From NCBI RefSeq assembly GCF_018977255.1, contig NW_024704743.1:8744001-8808000 (forward strand): a stretch of 64,000 bases of DNA, read 5' to 3'. The stretch comes from Callorhinchus milii. Its lineage: Eukaryota. Of this stretch, positions 53,220-64,000 are shown one piece after another. Every line of letters starts with the position of its first letter. Position 1 is the stretch's first letter. The notes below the pieces were generated by a model. It searched no databases, had not been told where the DNA came from, and was given only the letters and a program-made list of their open reading frames with translations. The position numbers and the translations under genes were made by a program.

Positions 53220-55099
53220 GTCTTGACTGTGAGTTATACCTGGTGATATCAGCAAAAAAAATTCTTAATGGCATAGAAATATCTGAAGCTTCCAATTTTA
53301 TCCAGTCTGTAAGACTATTTTGATTAAAATTGAAGGTTGCAAAATGGTGGACTTGAATCCACAACCTTTTGATTCAAGAGGTGAAAGTGCTACCAATTGA
53401 CCCAGGCTGACATACAAAGATGCGAACACAATGCACAGCACTTTTTCGTGTGAGCAAGTCAATTAAACTGAATGTTTTCTGTGCGGGGTCTTCAAAGGTA
53501 ACTAATAATGGATCTTATATTTTTACAGTTTCTGAGAACCTGCATTTTTAATACTCAGAATTCCTTCTATACACGTTTGTACATGGTAGACAAAACCAAT
53601 AAATTCGGCTTTCCCAGTGTGCTTTTAAGGTGTGTCAGCTTTTAGCTTTATAGGTATTTTCTTCATGACATCCAGCTTTTATTGTCAGAATCTGTGTGTG
53701 CCGACAGTGGAATTGCAATGCTATTGTCAGTCATTACTACATTTTATACCAAACACAGCTTGAGGTCCTCTGCCCACTGGAGCAAATAGCAGCAACTGCT
53801 GCCAGTTTCGTTTTTGAGTAATCTCAAGCAATCGAGCACCTAAACATATTCAGCAATTTATTTTCAGTCTGCAAATAGATTGGCAATTGGATGAATTAGC
53901 ATCCAGATCTTCGGCAATCGTCTTTTTGGGCTCCTGCACATTCCTACTCATTCCTACATAGAGCAGACTTGAGCAATGCAGAGCAGTTTGATTCTTTGAT
54001 ACTGATACTTCAGCTACCTCTTTGCACCAGGCTACAGGGTATCTCCTGAACTCCGCTGAATTGTAATTGTGTAGATTTCAGGTAGGGACAGGTTTTGTTA
54101 TAATATTGGAGTCTAACTTAAAATAATTTAAAAAAAATGTTTGATGTGGGCACGTTTCACATAAGGAGGACTTACTTTCACATCAGGATTTACTGTAAAG
54201 TGTTTGTAGGTGAATGTAGCCGTCAATTTGCTCACAGCAATGGCCCACAAACTGCTATTAAGTGAAAGACCAATTTTATATGGGTGTTGCTGACTGGAAT
54301 ACCAGGAGAAACTCCTTACTCTTTCTGAGTTGAGCTTGAGATCTTTAACGTCCACCTGAACAGGCAGCGGGACCTCACTTTAACATCTCATCTGAAGGAC
54401 GGCAGCTCAAACAATGCAGCGCATCCCCAGCACTGCACTGGAGTGTCAGCCTAGAGAGTTGTCTGGTGCCTTTGGAACTGAGGCCCGGCACGAAACACCA
54501 GGAGGAAATTGGGGGGAAAATAAGAAGAATAAATGCTTGAGAATGGATGTTGATATTGGACTTTGTGTGTGTTCAACTTCCTCTGGTATAAACACCACCA
54601 GGGTCAGCAAAGCAAGGTTACTTTCATTTGATCTTGAACGCAGAGACTTATCCTAGATTGATCAACATCATCCAGTCCACATGTCGTCATATGTATTGGG
54701 CAATAAGAGATCACCTCTCCTTAAAGGTAATGGGTAACATGCACTCATATAAATAACAATCACCACACCTGGCCCAGTACTTTCAGTCTCAGGCTTTTAC
54801 AGCCACCTCCCAAATGTTTCAATGGAAACAGGGAAGATGTTTTTCCTGGTGTTTGGAATTGTTGTCAAAGCGTATCGCTGCCAACTAATAAGGGAAAAGA
54901 GGCAAGTCTCTCTGGGCTTGAACTAGCACTGCTGTGATTTTTCTTATAAAGGTCAGCATTAACCCAAGATGGACGTAAGATCTGTCCTTAGCCCTGCTAG
55001 TCAGACCCTGTCTAGATAAATACCTCTCTTTGCACTTTCCCTAAAAAGCTTGCAGCTTATTAAAATTCAAGCCAAATTAAAACAAATGCTTATTCTTAC

Positions 55100-55196
55100 C
55101 CATGCACTCATTGGCATTTCTGTTGCTCACGACCTCCACATCATGCACAGCCACTTCGCCCTGTTTTCCCTTTCTAACCATTACTTCGAAGCCCAC
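55100..55196 (-). CDS. NRP1: Neuropilin-1, MAM C-terminal exon (not in the ORF track)
   Basis: ctctttcAG acceptor and G|GTAAGA donor; 97 nt, phase 0-1. Encodes VGFEVMVRKGKQGEVAVHDVEVVSNRNANECM, aligning gap-free with human VIFEGEIGKGNLGGIAVDDISINNHISQEDCA. Confidence 0.92.
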
Positions 55197-56307
55197 CTGA
55201 AAGAGAAGACAACATTTACAATGGCCAAACAACAAGCTTTTGCTCCTTTATAAAATCAAATGTTTAAATTCAAACTGCAATACGTTTTCATTGTTATCAA
55301 AAACTCTGGTGAAATGTCTCCTGAACTTCAAGACAATCAGGCCCAGACTTCCAAGACATCAATCAATTTTACAGCTTGTATTGTTAACCGTGAGCAGTTG
55401 TGCTCCACACATGACATTCTCAGTGACTAAAGAGAATCTGAGTACTGGTGCCACAGTGTACGTGCAATATTTAATCTTCTCTGTCTGTACTTATCCTTGT
55501 AATCTTCGATCCTCTGGTTAATGATAAAAATGTAATGAATACATTGCTATTTTTAGCGATCAGCAAAAAAAAATGCCTCTGTGCTCCTGTCCTTTGTAAT
55601 TTGAACTTTCGTACTTTTTCCAACTGCAATATAACCTTGTCCAACTTTTTGGTTCAATGCTTTTTAGATTTAAAATCTGTAATTTCCCTTTATTAATCTC
55701 CCTTTAGCTGAAAAGGTGCAAACAAAAGATTATAAAATTGTTCATTATTACTCAAAATGTACATTAAACATTTATTTTTAACAAAGCTAATCTGATGTTT
55801 GAGCAGTTTAATTACTCTCACATTAATAATAACAATCCTAGCATTTGATGTAGCACCTTATTGTGTCTCTGAGATGCTCAAAGCACTTTACAGCACAGAT
55901 TGTGTAGTTTGTAGGCAAATGCAACAGCCAATCTTTGCACAGTAATATCCTACAAACAGTCATGAAGTTAATGACCGATTATATTTTGGGGATTTTTGGC
56001 CAGGGCACCAGGAGAATCTCCCTCCTCTTATCAAATAGGATCTTTAATGTTCTCCATCTAAAAGATGGCACCTGTGATAATGTTGTGCTCCCCCATCAGT
56101 GCCCTGGAATGCCAGGCCTAGACTGTGGGCTCAAAGTCCCAATGTGGTGCTTGAACCCACAAACTTCCGATTGTTTTCAGTATCACTGTGATTGAGATGA
56201 AAACGTACAGAAATGGTTGGCTTTGGAAGACACAAGTCAACCCTGATGGCAGACAAAGCTTCTAAGTTTTAGTTTCCGTGCTCCAGTTTAATATTGTTTG
56301 TGGTTAC

Positions 56308-56579
56308 CTGATACATGCTTGGAGATTGAGGGAGCAACACTCGACCTTCTTGCCAACGGTTCTCTTGTGGTCCATTCAAGCTCCAAAGTACATCATTCAT
56401 GAAACCATCTGATATCTTCCTCTGGATCACATTCAAACGGCTCCCATGAGTTCCTCGTATCTGATACCAGAAGACCAGGCAGTGGCCATGATGAACAGGT
56501 AGCAATGGAGGGCTGAGCAACCGAGCAACCTGTCCGTCCTCTTGGCCAATTATTTCAGTGAAAATAAAATGGTCTTTTT
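56308..56579 (-). CDS. NRP1: Neuropilin-1, MAM core exon
   Basis: gttacAG acceptor and CAG|GTAACC donor; 272 nt. Encodes HFIFTE...GQVARLLSP...HCLVFWYQIRG...WQEGRVLLPQSPSMYQ, colinear with human VARLVSP...HCMTFWYHMSG...WKEGRVLLHKSLKLYQ. Confidence 0.95.
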
Positions 56580-57211
56580 CTGTAACAAGGGACAAGAGTG
56601 AAATTTTCAGCTGTAAGATATAAAAAACAGGCAGAACTAGAACAAGCATTCTCTTCTTCAAAAATGACATTCACTGACATTACATAAACACTTGGGAAAA
56701 CATAAACCGAGAAAGGCTTGATGCCACCAAGGTAAGAGGAGGGATTAACTCTATTGAAAACATTAACAGATGCATCAATTGTCTTTGTTAGGACGACGCA
56801 CAGTTTCCCTCCCCAGCAGATCAAAGATGGGAAATAAACATTCACTGAAATAAACAAATCTGGAAATTATTATCAAACAAAAAATGGTAGGTCCAAAATA
56901 AAAAAATGGTGGTCAATAGGACATTAAAAGAAAACACTTACCTGGAAGGTGGGTGCTGCCACTTAGTGGGCTGTTGTTAACCCAACAATGGTTTAGGAAA
57001 GCCAAAATATGTCCTTTACTGTAATTACTGTTAAGCGAAGTGACTGTGTAATTGTGGGTGAATTCGACGATCAAATTGCATACATGCCCCACAAACATCC
57101 GTGGAGCAAATGATTCAACTTTACTGCAAGGTATGTTAGATTAAATATAGTGTAAAGAGTGTTAGTTATTTCACACTTATAAGAGGCGGTTGTTTATCTT
57201 GCCCATTTTAC

Positions 57212-57373
57212 CTAAATTGGGTACTCTACTGTCGGCTTCACCTTCCCTCGAATTCACTTTCCACAGAAAATTGGTGGCCTTGTCATGACGCCAGTTGCAG
57301 AAGTTCTTCCCTACGCCACTTCCAAACTTACAGTTGAAACCATTCAGGTTATCTTCGTAGGGGAAGATGGCAT
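57212..57373 (-). CDS. NRP1: Neuropilin-1, first MAM-domain exon
   Basis: ttttcAG acceptor and G|GTAAAA donor; 162 nt, phase 1-1. Encodes GFNCKFGSGVGKNFCNWRHDKATNFLWKV, versus human GFNCEFGWGSHKTFCHWEHDNHVQLKWSV. Confidence 0.93.
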
Positions 57374-60158
57374 CTGAAAACACAAGACAAGTCTTCAGTC
57401 CCGGCCACAAAAGAAAATAAAATAAGATGTACTCATCATCCTCTCAACACCTAAGGTCACGCAACAAGGCATGGGATGGAAAGAAAGGTGCTACTTGGTC
57501 CCTTGTCTAAAGTGAAGCTATGGTCTCACTGGTTCCTAGATGTTTACTGATCTGATTCTTTAGACACATTTCTGCCACTCATACTTTGTGCCCAAATGTT
57601 TGTGAACATGTATAGTTTTAACAATAGATTTTCAATGCTGCCAAAGTACTTTCTTCTGAAAATCCAATGTGACCGTTTCCTTGTGTTGGTGCAATATTTC
57701 ACCAAGTTACTGCATAATATTATATTATAAATTACAAGGTTGTGACTGGGATATTTTAAGGTGTCTTTCCTTAAATAATGGCAACTGTGCTATATATCAG
57801 TACTTTACAAACCTCTTGTAAGTAAGTTTTCATAGTATTCGACTCGCAAAGAATCATCCACCCAAAAGGGCTTTGGCTTTAGGATATCTTGAGGATATGC
57901 CCATTATGTGAAGTTGAGTCAACCATCAACAATTCCTTGGATTGCTGCACATGTGCTTTGGTTGGTTAGAAATCTCTCTTGAATTCAGTAAAATCCTTAG
58001 ATTCCACTCACAAGAAGGATATTTTAGACATCGTACTCATTTTATAATTATGATCCTTGTGTTTGATATAGTGCATAACGCATCCCTAAGCACCTTTTAT
58101 GTTATTGACCTCGAAAGCTGTATGGACCATTCCTACACTCATACATTCATAAAGCAAGTACCATCTAGTCCCAAGTCTGGTGCTTAACAGCTTTAACTAT
58201 ATCCAAGCTGCTTTCCCCCCCATTAACACAGTCAAAGCGAGTGGATGGGATAATTGCAGCATTGAATCATACAGATGACTGTTAAATGCAGACATTGAAC
58301 CCATTGCTGCACTTAAAACAACCAGAATACAATTCGTAAAGTACACAGAACCTTTCTTTCTGAGGTGGTTTGCAAATGTACTGTCCACTCATTAAAAGAA
58401 AGCCACAATTCTCGATCTGTAATGATTTAAAATAGGAAGCAAAAACCTTGCAGCTCTGCAACACAAGACGTCCCCTGCAGCATGCGATAATTGAAAGGTA
58501 CGTGTGTAACATCAATTGTAGCAAATTGAAGGTAATTCAGTGAAAGGATGATTTAATAGTTTCCCTTAATGTAGTCCAGTAAAATCGAAACCAGTCATCT
58601 GAGGGACCACCAAGAAAATAGTCCCTATAAAGCCTCTTCTTAATCCTCTACTGCTGAGACTGATGTATATTGGCAGTTATATATTAGTAGGCTGTCGAGC
58701 ATGCTTAATGAGGCAATAAGGAATGAGAAGGTGCAATGGGTTTTAACACAGGAGAAGTTGAGCGTCCTGGAACCTGGTGAAAGAGCACACTTTTGTGTTT
58801 TGTGTTGCCATTACATACAGGTGTGCATAGCTGTTCAAATGGAAATGATTTTGAAATTATTTTGAATTGCTATTTGTGCAATTTCACAGCAGAGGACTAA
58901 GATGCATTCAGAGAGAAACTGAATGAGGATCTGTATTAGGGGAATTAGCTAAAGAACAGATTGCCACTGACCAGGAATCTCTCTTATCTTTACCCACAGC
59001 CTAATGCTTTTTTTCTTGACTCAGTGCAGTGTTGTTCATTTCCCATCCAAGGAATTTCTGGAACTTTTAGGATGGTAAAGAGATAAAGGTTTCGTTGGGA
59101 AAGCTGCTGCAAGTGACATATTGTCTGAATAGAAGGCTGTCTGACGTTATCTACATTTTAGTCATTGGGTTTGACAAAAATAAGCAGGGCCTGACACTGG
59201 AAAAAGCACCTCAAGATATAAGATATTCCAAGGAATTCCGCGTAAGTCACAGCGAACTGTGAGAACACGCAGCTTCAGCTTGATATCTCATCTGAGCTTT
59301 TAGGTCAGGCTGACACACGAGGTTCCCTGAGGAAATAATTTGATGTCCCAGCTTTTATTCTGGCGTTACGCACCATTTAAACTGTTGTTTGCTTTATGAG
59401 TATTTTTTACAACTACACACGTGATTGTTTCTTTTAATGTGAACAAATGATAAAAGACACTTATTTATAATGTCTTGCATTTATATAGCGCTTTTCCATA
59501 TAGATACTGTCTTGGAGGGCTGTAAAGTGGCGGGATTGGGCATTGAGCAAAGGAGGAGGGGAAAGTGACCATAGCCGCGGTCGAAGGGATAGGTTTTCTG
59601 GTCAGATTTAAAGATAGATAAAGGTAGAGGTGGAGGGATTCAGACAGGAGTTACAGAGATTAAGGATGAAGTGGCTGAAGGCATGGTCACTGATGTGGCA
59701 CATCAGGGGTTGGGGATGCACAGTACACTGATTCAATAAAGTATTAATGCAACATGCATTTTCAGAGGCTTCCCTGCATATTCTGTCCTTCATAGATGTT
59801 GTCTTCAATGTAGCTCCACAGCAAATTTACACTATGAAATACCCAGACTTATTGACTGAGCTGATTGTATGTGTAGCAGCAAAAGAACTCCTGCAATGTT
59901 TGTAATAGTTTTAGAATCAGGCTTCACTGTGATGTCTAATATCCTTCTAATATTCCCCGGCACTGATGCACCACCAGTACAAAGAAAAAGGAGTCGATAT
60001 TCGTCTTCAGGGAAGGAGTCTGCAGAAGAGGAGAAGTGCAGTGAGGAGAAACAATTGGAGATTTTTGGGGCTGGGCGGGTGTCTAACCCAAGTGGAACTT
60101 ATCATCGTGCTTATCAGTAACCATACCAGACTGAGAGTTCCACATATATATATCCTTA

Positions 60159-60267
60159 CTCTGTGTGGAGTAAGGAAACTTGCCCAAGGTTTCGCTCTGC
60201 CTGGAATTGAACCCAGGTCTCTCACTTGCAAAGCGAGTGCTCTAACTACTGAGCTACAGGACTCCAC
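60159..60267 (-). mobile_element. SINE head-only fragment (tRNA-like region)
   Basis: Matches the first ~110 nt of the young SINE and has no core or tail. Confidence 0.85.
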
Positions 60268-61270
60268 TCTCTCTCTCCATGAAGGGATACATGATTGTGC
60301 TAACCTAATTCCGAAATCTATCAGGTGCAGTTTGGAAGGAGCCGAGACTTGGGGATCCCAGAGCTTGGGTTGGGGATATCCCTGGAGTGAAGAAGGGATT
60401 AGGAAGGGTGGAGGCTCTTGTGGAGTATAAACATGAGCGTACACTAGTGCGGCCAAATAAGTCTGTTTTGATGCTGTATATCTATGCAATTCTATGTAAC
60501 AGAGGGAAAAAAACATAATATCTCATTGATGCCCCAGGTGAAAACATAGCACTTTTTCATCCACTTGGGGGCAAGAGAGAGCTTGAATCCAAGGCTCAGT
60601 TTTAGCTCTGTTGTATTCTGGTAAATGAATATGAATTGATTTAAAGGAATACTCCAGATTATAGCATTAATCATATGGGGAGAACTTCAGAGACTTTTTT
60701 ACGTCACTGTCATGTTCGATGTATTGATGTTTTTGACAGTGTCTGCTGTTGTCCTTTTTCTGATTCTGACTGACGCGTGAGTAAGTAATGGAGAAGATCA
60801 AAGCCAATATTTGGTGGATTGCATGAAACTGAAGATTAGCTATAAACCCTTGAACACGGTTATACGTTGACCTGCAGGAAGGCGGGTTCTCATGTCAGGA
60901 AGCTGTTTTCAGTCCGAGTTATTCAGAATTATTAAAGTTAAACAGAATTATTCAGTGGCTCCTCTGAGTTCACTTTAAGCAGCTTTCTGATCCTCTCAAG
61001 GCTTTTGATCATCGTCTAACCCAAGATCACACAAATCCTTTGGCTCCTATTGCGACACTTTGAAAAATACCCCCAAAGGTTCACTTCTTGCAACACATGA
61101 CCTCAAGGACCAGACACACTTGGCAAAGAGCCTCCAGAAATAAATATTAGCTGTAACTTGCTGAATGCCAGACATATGGCCTGTCTTGAAACACTTTAAA
61201 AGGAGCACTGTCATCGCGGTACTCGGTACGCAGACAAAAGGCGCACACAGCGTGATGCGATGCCGCCAAT

Positions 61271-61597
61271 TAATAATAATAATAATAATCCTTGCATTTG
61301 ATATAGCGCTTTTCACGTCGGGAGGACGTCCCAAAGCGCTTCACAGAACACACTGTAAAGTGAATTGACTGTATATTTGTGGGCGAACGCGGCAGCCAAT
61401 TGCGGACAGCAATGTCCCACAAACAATCGTAGATTGAAAATGACCAATTTGTTATTGTTTTTGGTTTTGGAGAGATTATTATTAGGCTCTGTGTGGAGTA
61501 AGGAAACTTGCCCAAGGTTTCGCCCTCTTCCTGGAATTGAACTCAGGTCTCTCACTTGCAAAGTGAGTGCTCTAACCACTGAGCTACAGGACTCCAC
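61271..61597 (-). mobile_element. Deu-core SINE, young short variant, in an NRP1 intron
   Basis: Full-length; possible short TSD (c)aatta on both sides. Confidence 0.92.
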
Positions 61598-61831
61598 AAT
61601 TAGATTTCTGCTCGAGTGTTGTACTATATTAGCAGCAGATAAAATGGTCACTCAGTGGCTAATGGGTAACAAAACTGCTCTGTGCTGAGTTAGCTGATAT
61701 CACCTGTGCAACAATTGGCTTCAGCCAGATAATAATAATAATTATAATAACCTTTGTATTTGATATAGCATATTATCACATCTTTGAGATGTTTCAAAGT
61801 GCTTTACAGAATATACTGTAAAGTGAATTGG

Positions 61832-62780
61832 TCACCTGTGGGGTATCCCAGGGCTCCATCCTTGTCCCTCTTCCTTATCTATATGCTCCCTCTGGGTGAT
61901 GTCATCTGCAGACATGGGATAAACTTCCACATGTATGTGGATGACACACAAATCTACTTTGCCTCCTCCAGTACTAACTCCAGGCTTGTCTGGCAGACAT
62001 CAGGGCCTGGACGAGTGCAAACTTCCTGCAGCTGAATATGGACAAGATAGAAGCCATACTCCTTGGCTCCCGTCAACGTCTTCACTCCTGCGGATCTAAA
62101 CTCCTCAACCTCCCTGGGCTCTCCCTCAGATTCACCGATCCAGTATGCAATCTAGGCGTCCGGTTCGACCCCCAGCTATCCTTCCTCCTTCACATCCGGT
62201 CCCTGACCAAGACCACCTTCTTCCACCTCCACCACATTGCCTGCCTCCGACCGTACCACAAATGCAGCTGAAACCCTTGTGCTTGCATTTGTGACCTCCT
62301 CCTCGATTACTCAAACGCATTCCTCGCCGGTCTCTCCAGGTCCACTATTCAAAATATCCAGTTCATTCAAAACTCTGCCGCCACATAACTGACATGAACC
62401 AAACTCTGTACCCACCTCACCAGCTCTGGCCAGGCTCCACTGGCTCCCCATCACCAAACGCATTGACTTCAAGATCCTCACATTCGTGTTCAAATTCCTT
62501 CACTCTCTGGCACTTCCCGACCTCTCTGACCTCCTCACTCCCCAATCCATCACCCGACAACTCCATTTGACTGGCACCGGCCTCCTGCTCAACCCTGACA
62601 CCCACTGTCCCACCTTCGGAGGTTGCACTTCCAGCCATTACGTCCTGAAACTCGGGAACACTCTCCCTCAATCCCTCTGCTTTGCCTCATCTCTTCCCTT
62701 TGTGAAGTCCCGCCTGAAAACCTTCCTCTTCGACTATGCTTATGGCCATCTCCCCACCCACCCAGTCAGGCTCCACTACT
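61832..62780 (+). mobile_element. Degenerate L2 LINE nested antisense in a SINE (SINE tail 61729-61830, SINE head 62790-62912)
   Basis: YMLPLGDVICRHGINFHMYVDDTQIY and RLKTFLFDYAY; complementary SINE halves lie on either side. Confidence 0.9.
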
Positions 62781-64000
62781 GGCAAATCCTATTTACTGTT
62801 AGGTAAATAGAGGCATTTGGAGTAAGGAAAATTGCCTAAGATTTTGGTGTTCCCGGGAATCAAACCTAGGTCCCCCTGTTTGCGAGGCACTAATCACTAA
62901 GCTACAGGACTGCATGATTAGCTTCAGCATGGGGCAATGGTTGGGGTAAAGTCCGCCAGGGTTGTGCATCATTGTTCAGCTTGTTGGTAAGTATGTGCTT
63001 GTGAATAGTTAGTTAAGACTAGGGTCAGTCTTGGCTATGAGGACACTTCATGGTCCAATAGCTTTGTGATATTGGCTGTCAGGTCAAAAATGGCTGTTCT
63101 GGTCAGGAGCCAGGGAACAAATGCCAGCAAGAGCTAGCACCTTCAGGATTGGAGATAAGAGGGGAAAACTGGCCAAAGAAGAAAGAAAATAAATACGACT
63201 TGCACCTTTATGGCGCCTTTTATCATATCAAAAGTCTCAAAGTCCCCGCAAGTAATCACTGGCAAGTGTAGTGTTTTTGTAGGCAAACGTGGCAGCCATT
63301 TTCACTGCTGTGCACACTTAGCTACTGCATTTCTCCTACAATATACAGTCAATCCACTTATATTCTATTATATATAGTATATTCTGTGAAGCACTTTGAG
63401 ACGTCTTATTGACATGATAAGGCGCTATATCAAATGCAAGTATTAGTATTATTATAGTAAGGTGCTGTAAGCGGCAATTGAATGAATGAACAATTTATCT
63501 GGAGGACTCCTGGCCTGAATATTGGGAGAAACTCATTATTCTTTTTGAATAATAATAATCCTTGCATTTGATATAGCACCTTGTTATAGATTTGTGACGT
63601 TTCAAAGTGCTTCACAAAATATATTGTAAAGTGAATTGACTGTATATTTTGTAGGAGAAACTTGGAAATGTTATGGGTTCTTTACTGTCCAAATTGAGGA
63701 CAGGCAAGATGGGTCAACATCTCATCTGGAGGAAATCAGTCATGTGGGAGCCGTGTCAAGAGTATTTGTGATTCATATCCCCTTGGAGCACAGCACTCAC
63801 ACAAATGGCAATTTCAGAACAGAATGTTCCAGGAACATAGCCAATCCTAAACTCTATCAGACCCCAATAATGCCCTTCATTGACCCGGTCTAAATTAACA
63901 AGAGATTGGAGGGGTGAGGAAGAGCTTCATATTACAACAACTTGCATTTGTATAGCCTCCTTCACACAGTGCTACAGAGTAATCATAAACAGATCCTTTC

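Noticed and set aside
56942..57013. Consensus CAG|GTAAGT donor on the - strand between two NRP1 MAM exons
   Set aside because: The only in-phase acceptor is a weak AAG with no pyrimidine tract, and the flanking exons already join in frame.
57400..64000. Search for the upstream NRP1 b2-MAM linker exons
   Set aside because: No convincing candidate; they are either outside the window or too diverged to recognise by eye.

Overview
AT-rich, repeat-dense vertebrate genomic DNA. It is most likely a cartilaginous fish, probably a holocephalan (inferred from the tRNA-headed Deu-core SINEs, young L2 LINEs and CR1 LINEs). Two genes face each other tail-to-tail. On the + strand (1.2-3.9 kb) are four intact exons of a divergent integrin beta-1-like gene (end of hybrid domain, I-EGF1-4, beta-tail). 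On the - strand (57.4-46.4 kb) are the last five exons and 3' UTR of neuropilin-1 (MAM domain, linker, TM, cytoplasmic tail ending SEA). I found no transmembrane or cytoplasmic exon for the integrin in the ~42 kb before the NRP1 3' end. Instead, its beta-tail exon reads through to a stop codon followed by AATAAA. A soluble, ectodomain-only ITGB1 paralog next to NRP1 is therefore the leading hypothesis. The rest of the window is intronic or intergenic: a young L2 with a ~2 kb open RT frame, three generations of SINE sharing the L2 3' tail, a CR1, a dead full-length hAT transposon with an adjacent inverted ~120 bp duplication, and an unclassified retroposon-like family. Repeat boundaries were set by eye and are approximate. 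Comparisons to human proteins are from memory, not from a search.
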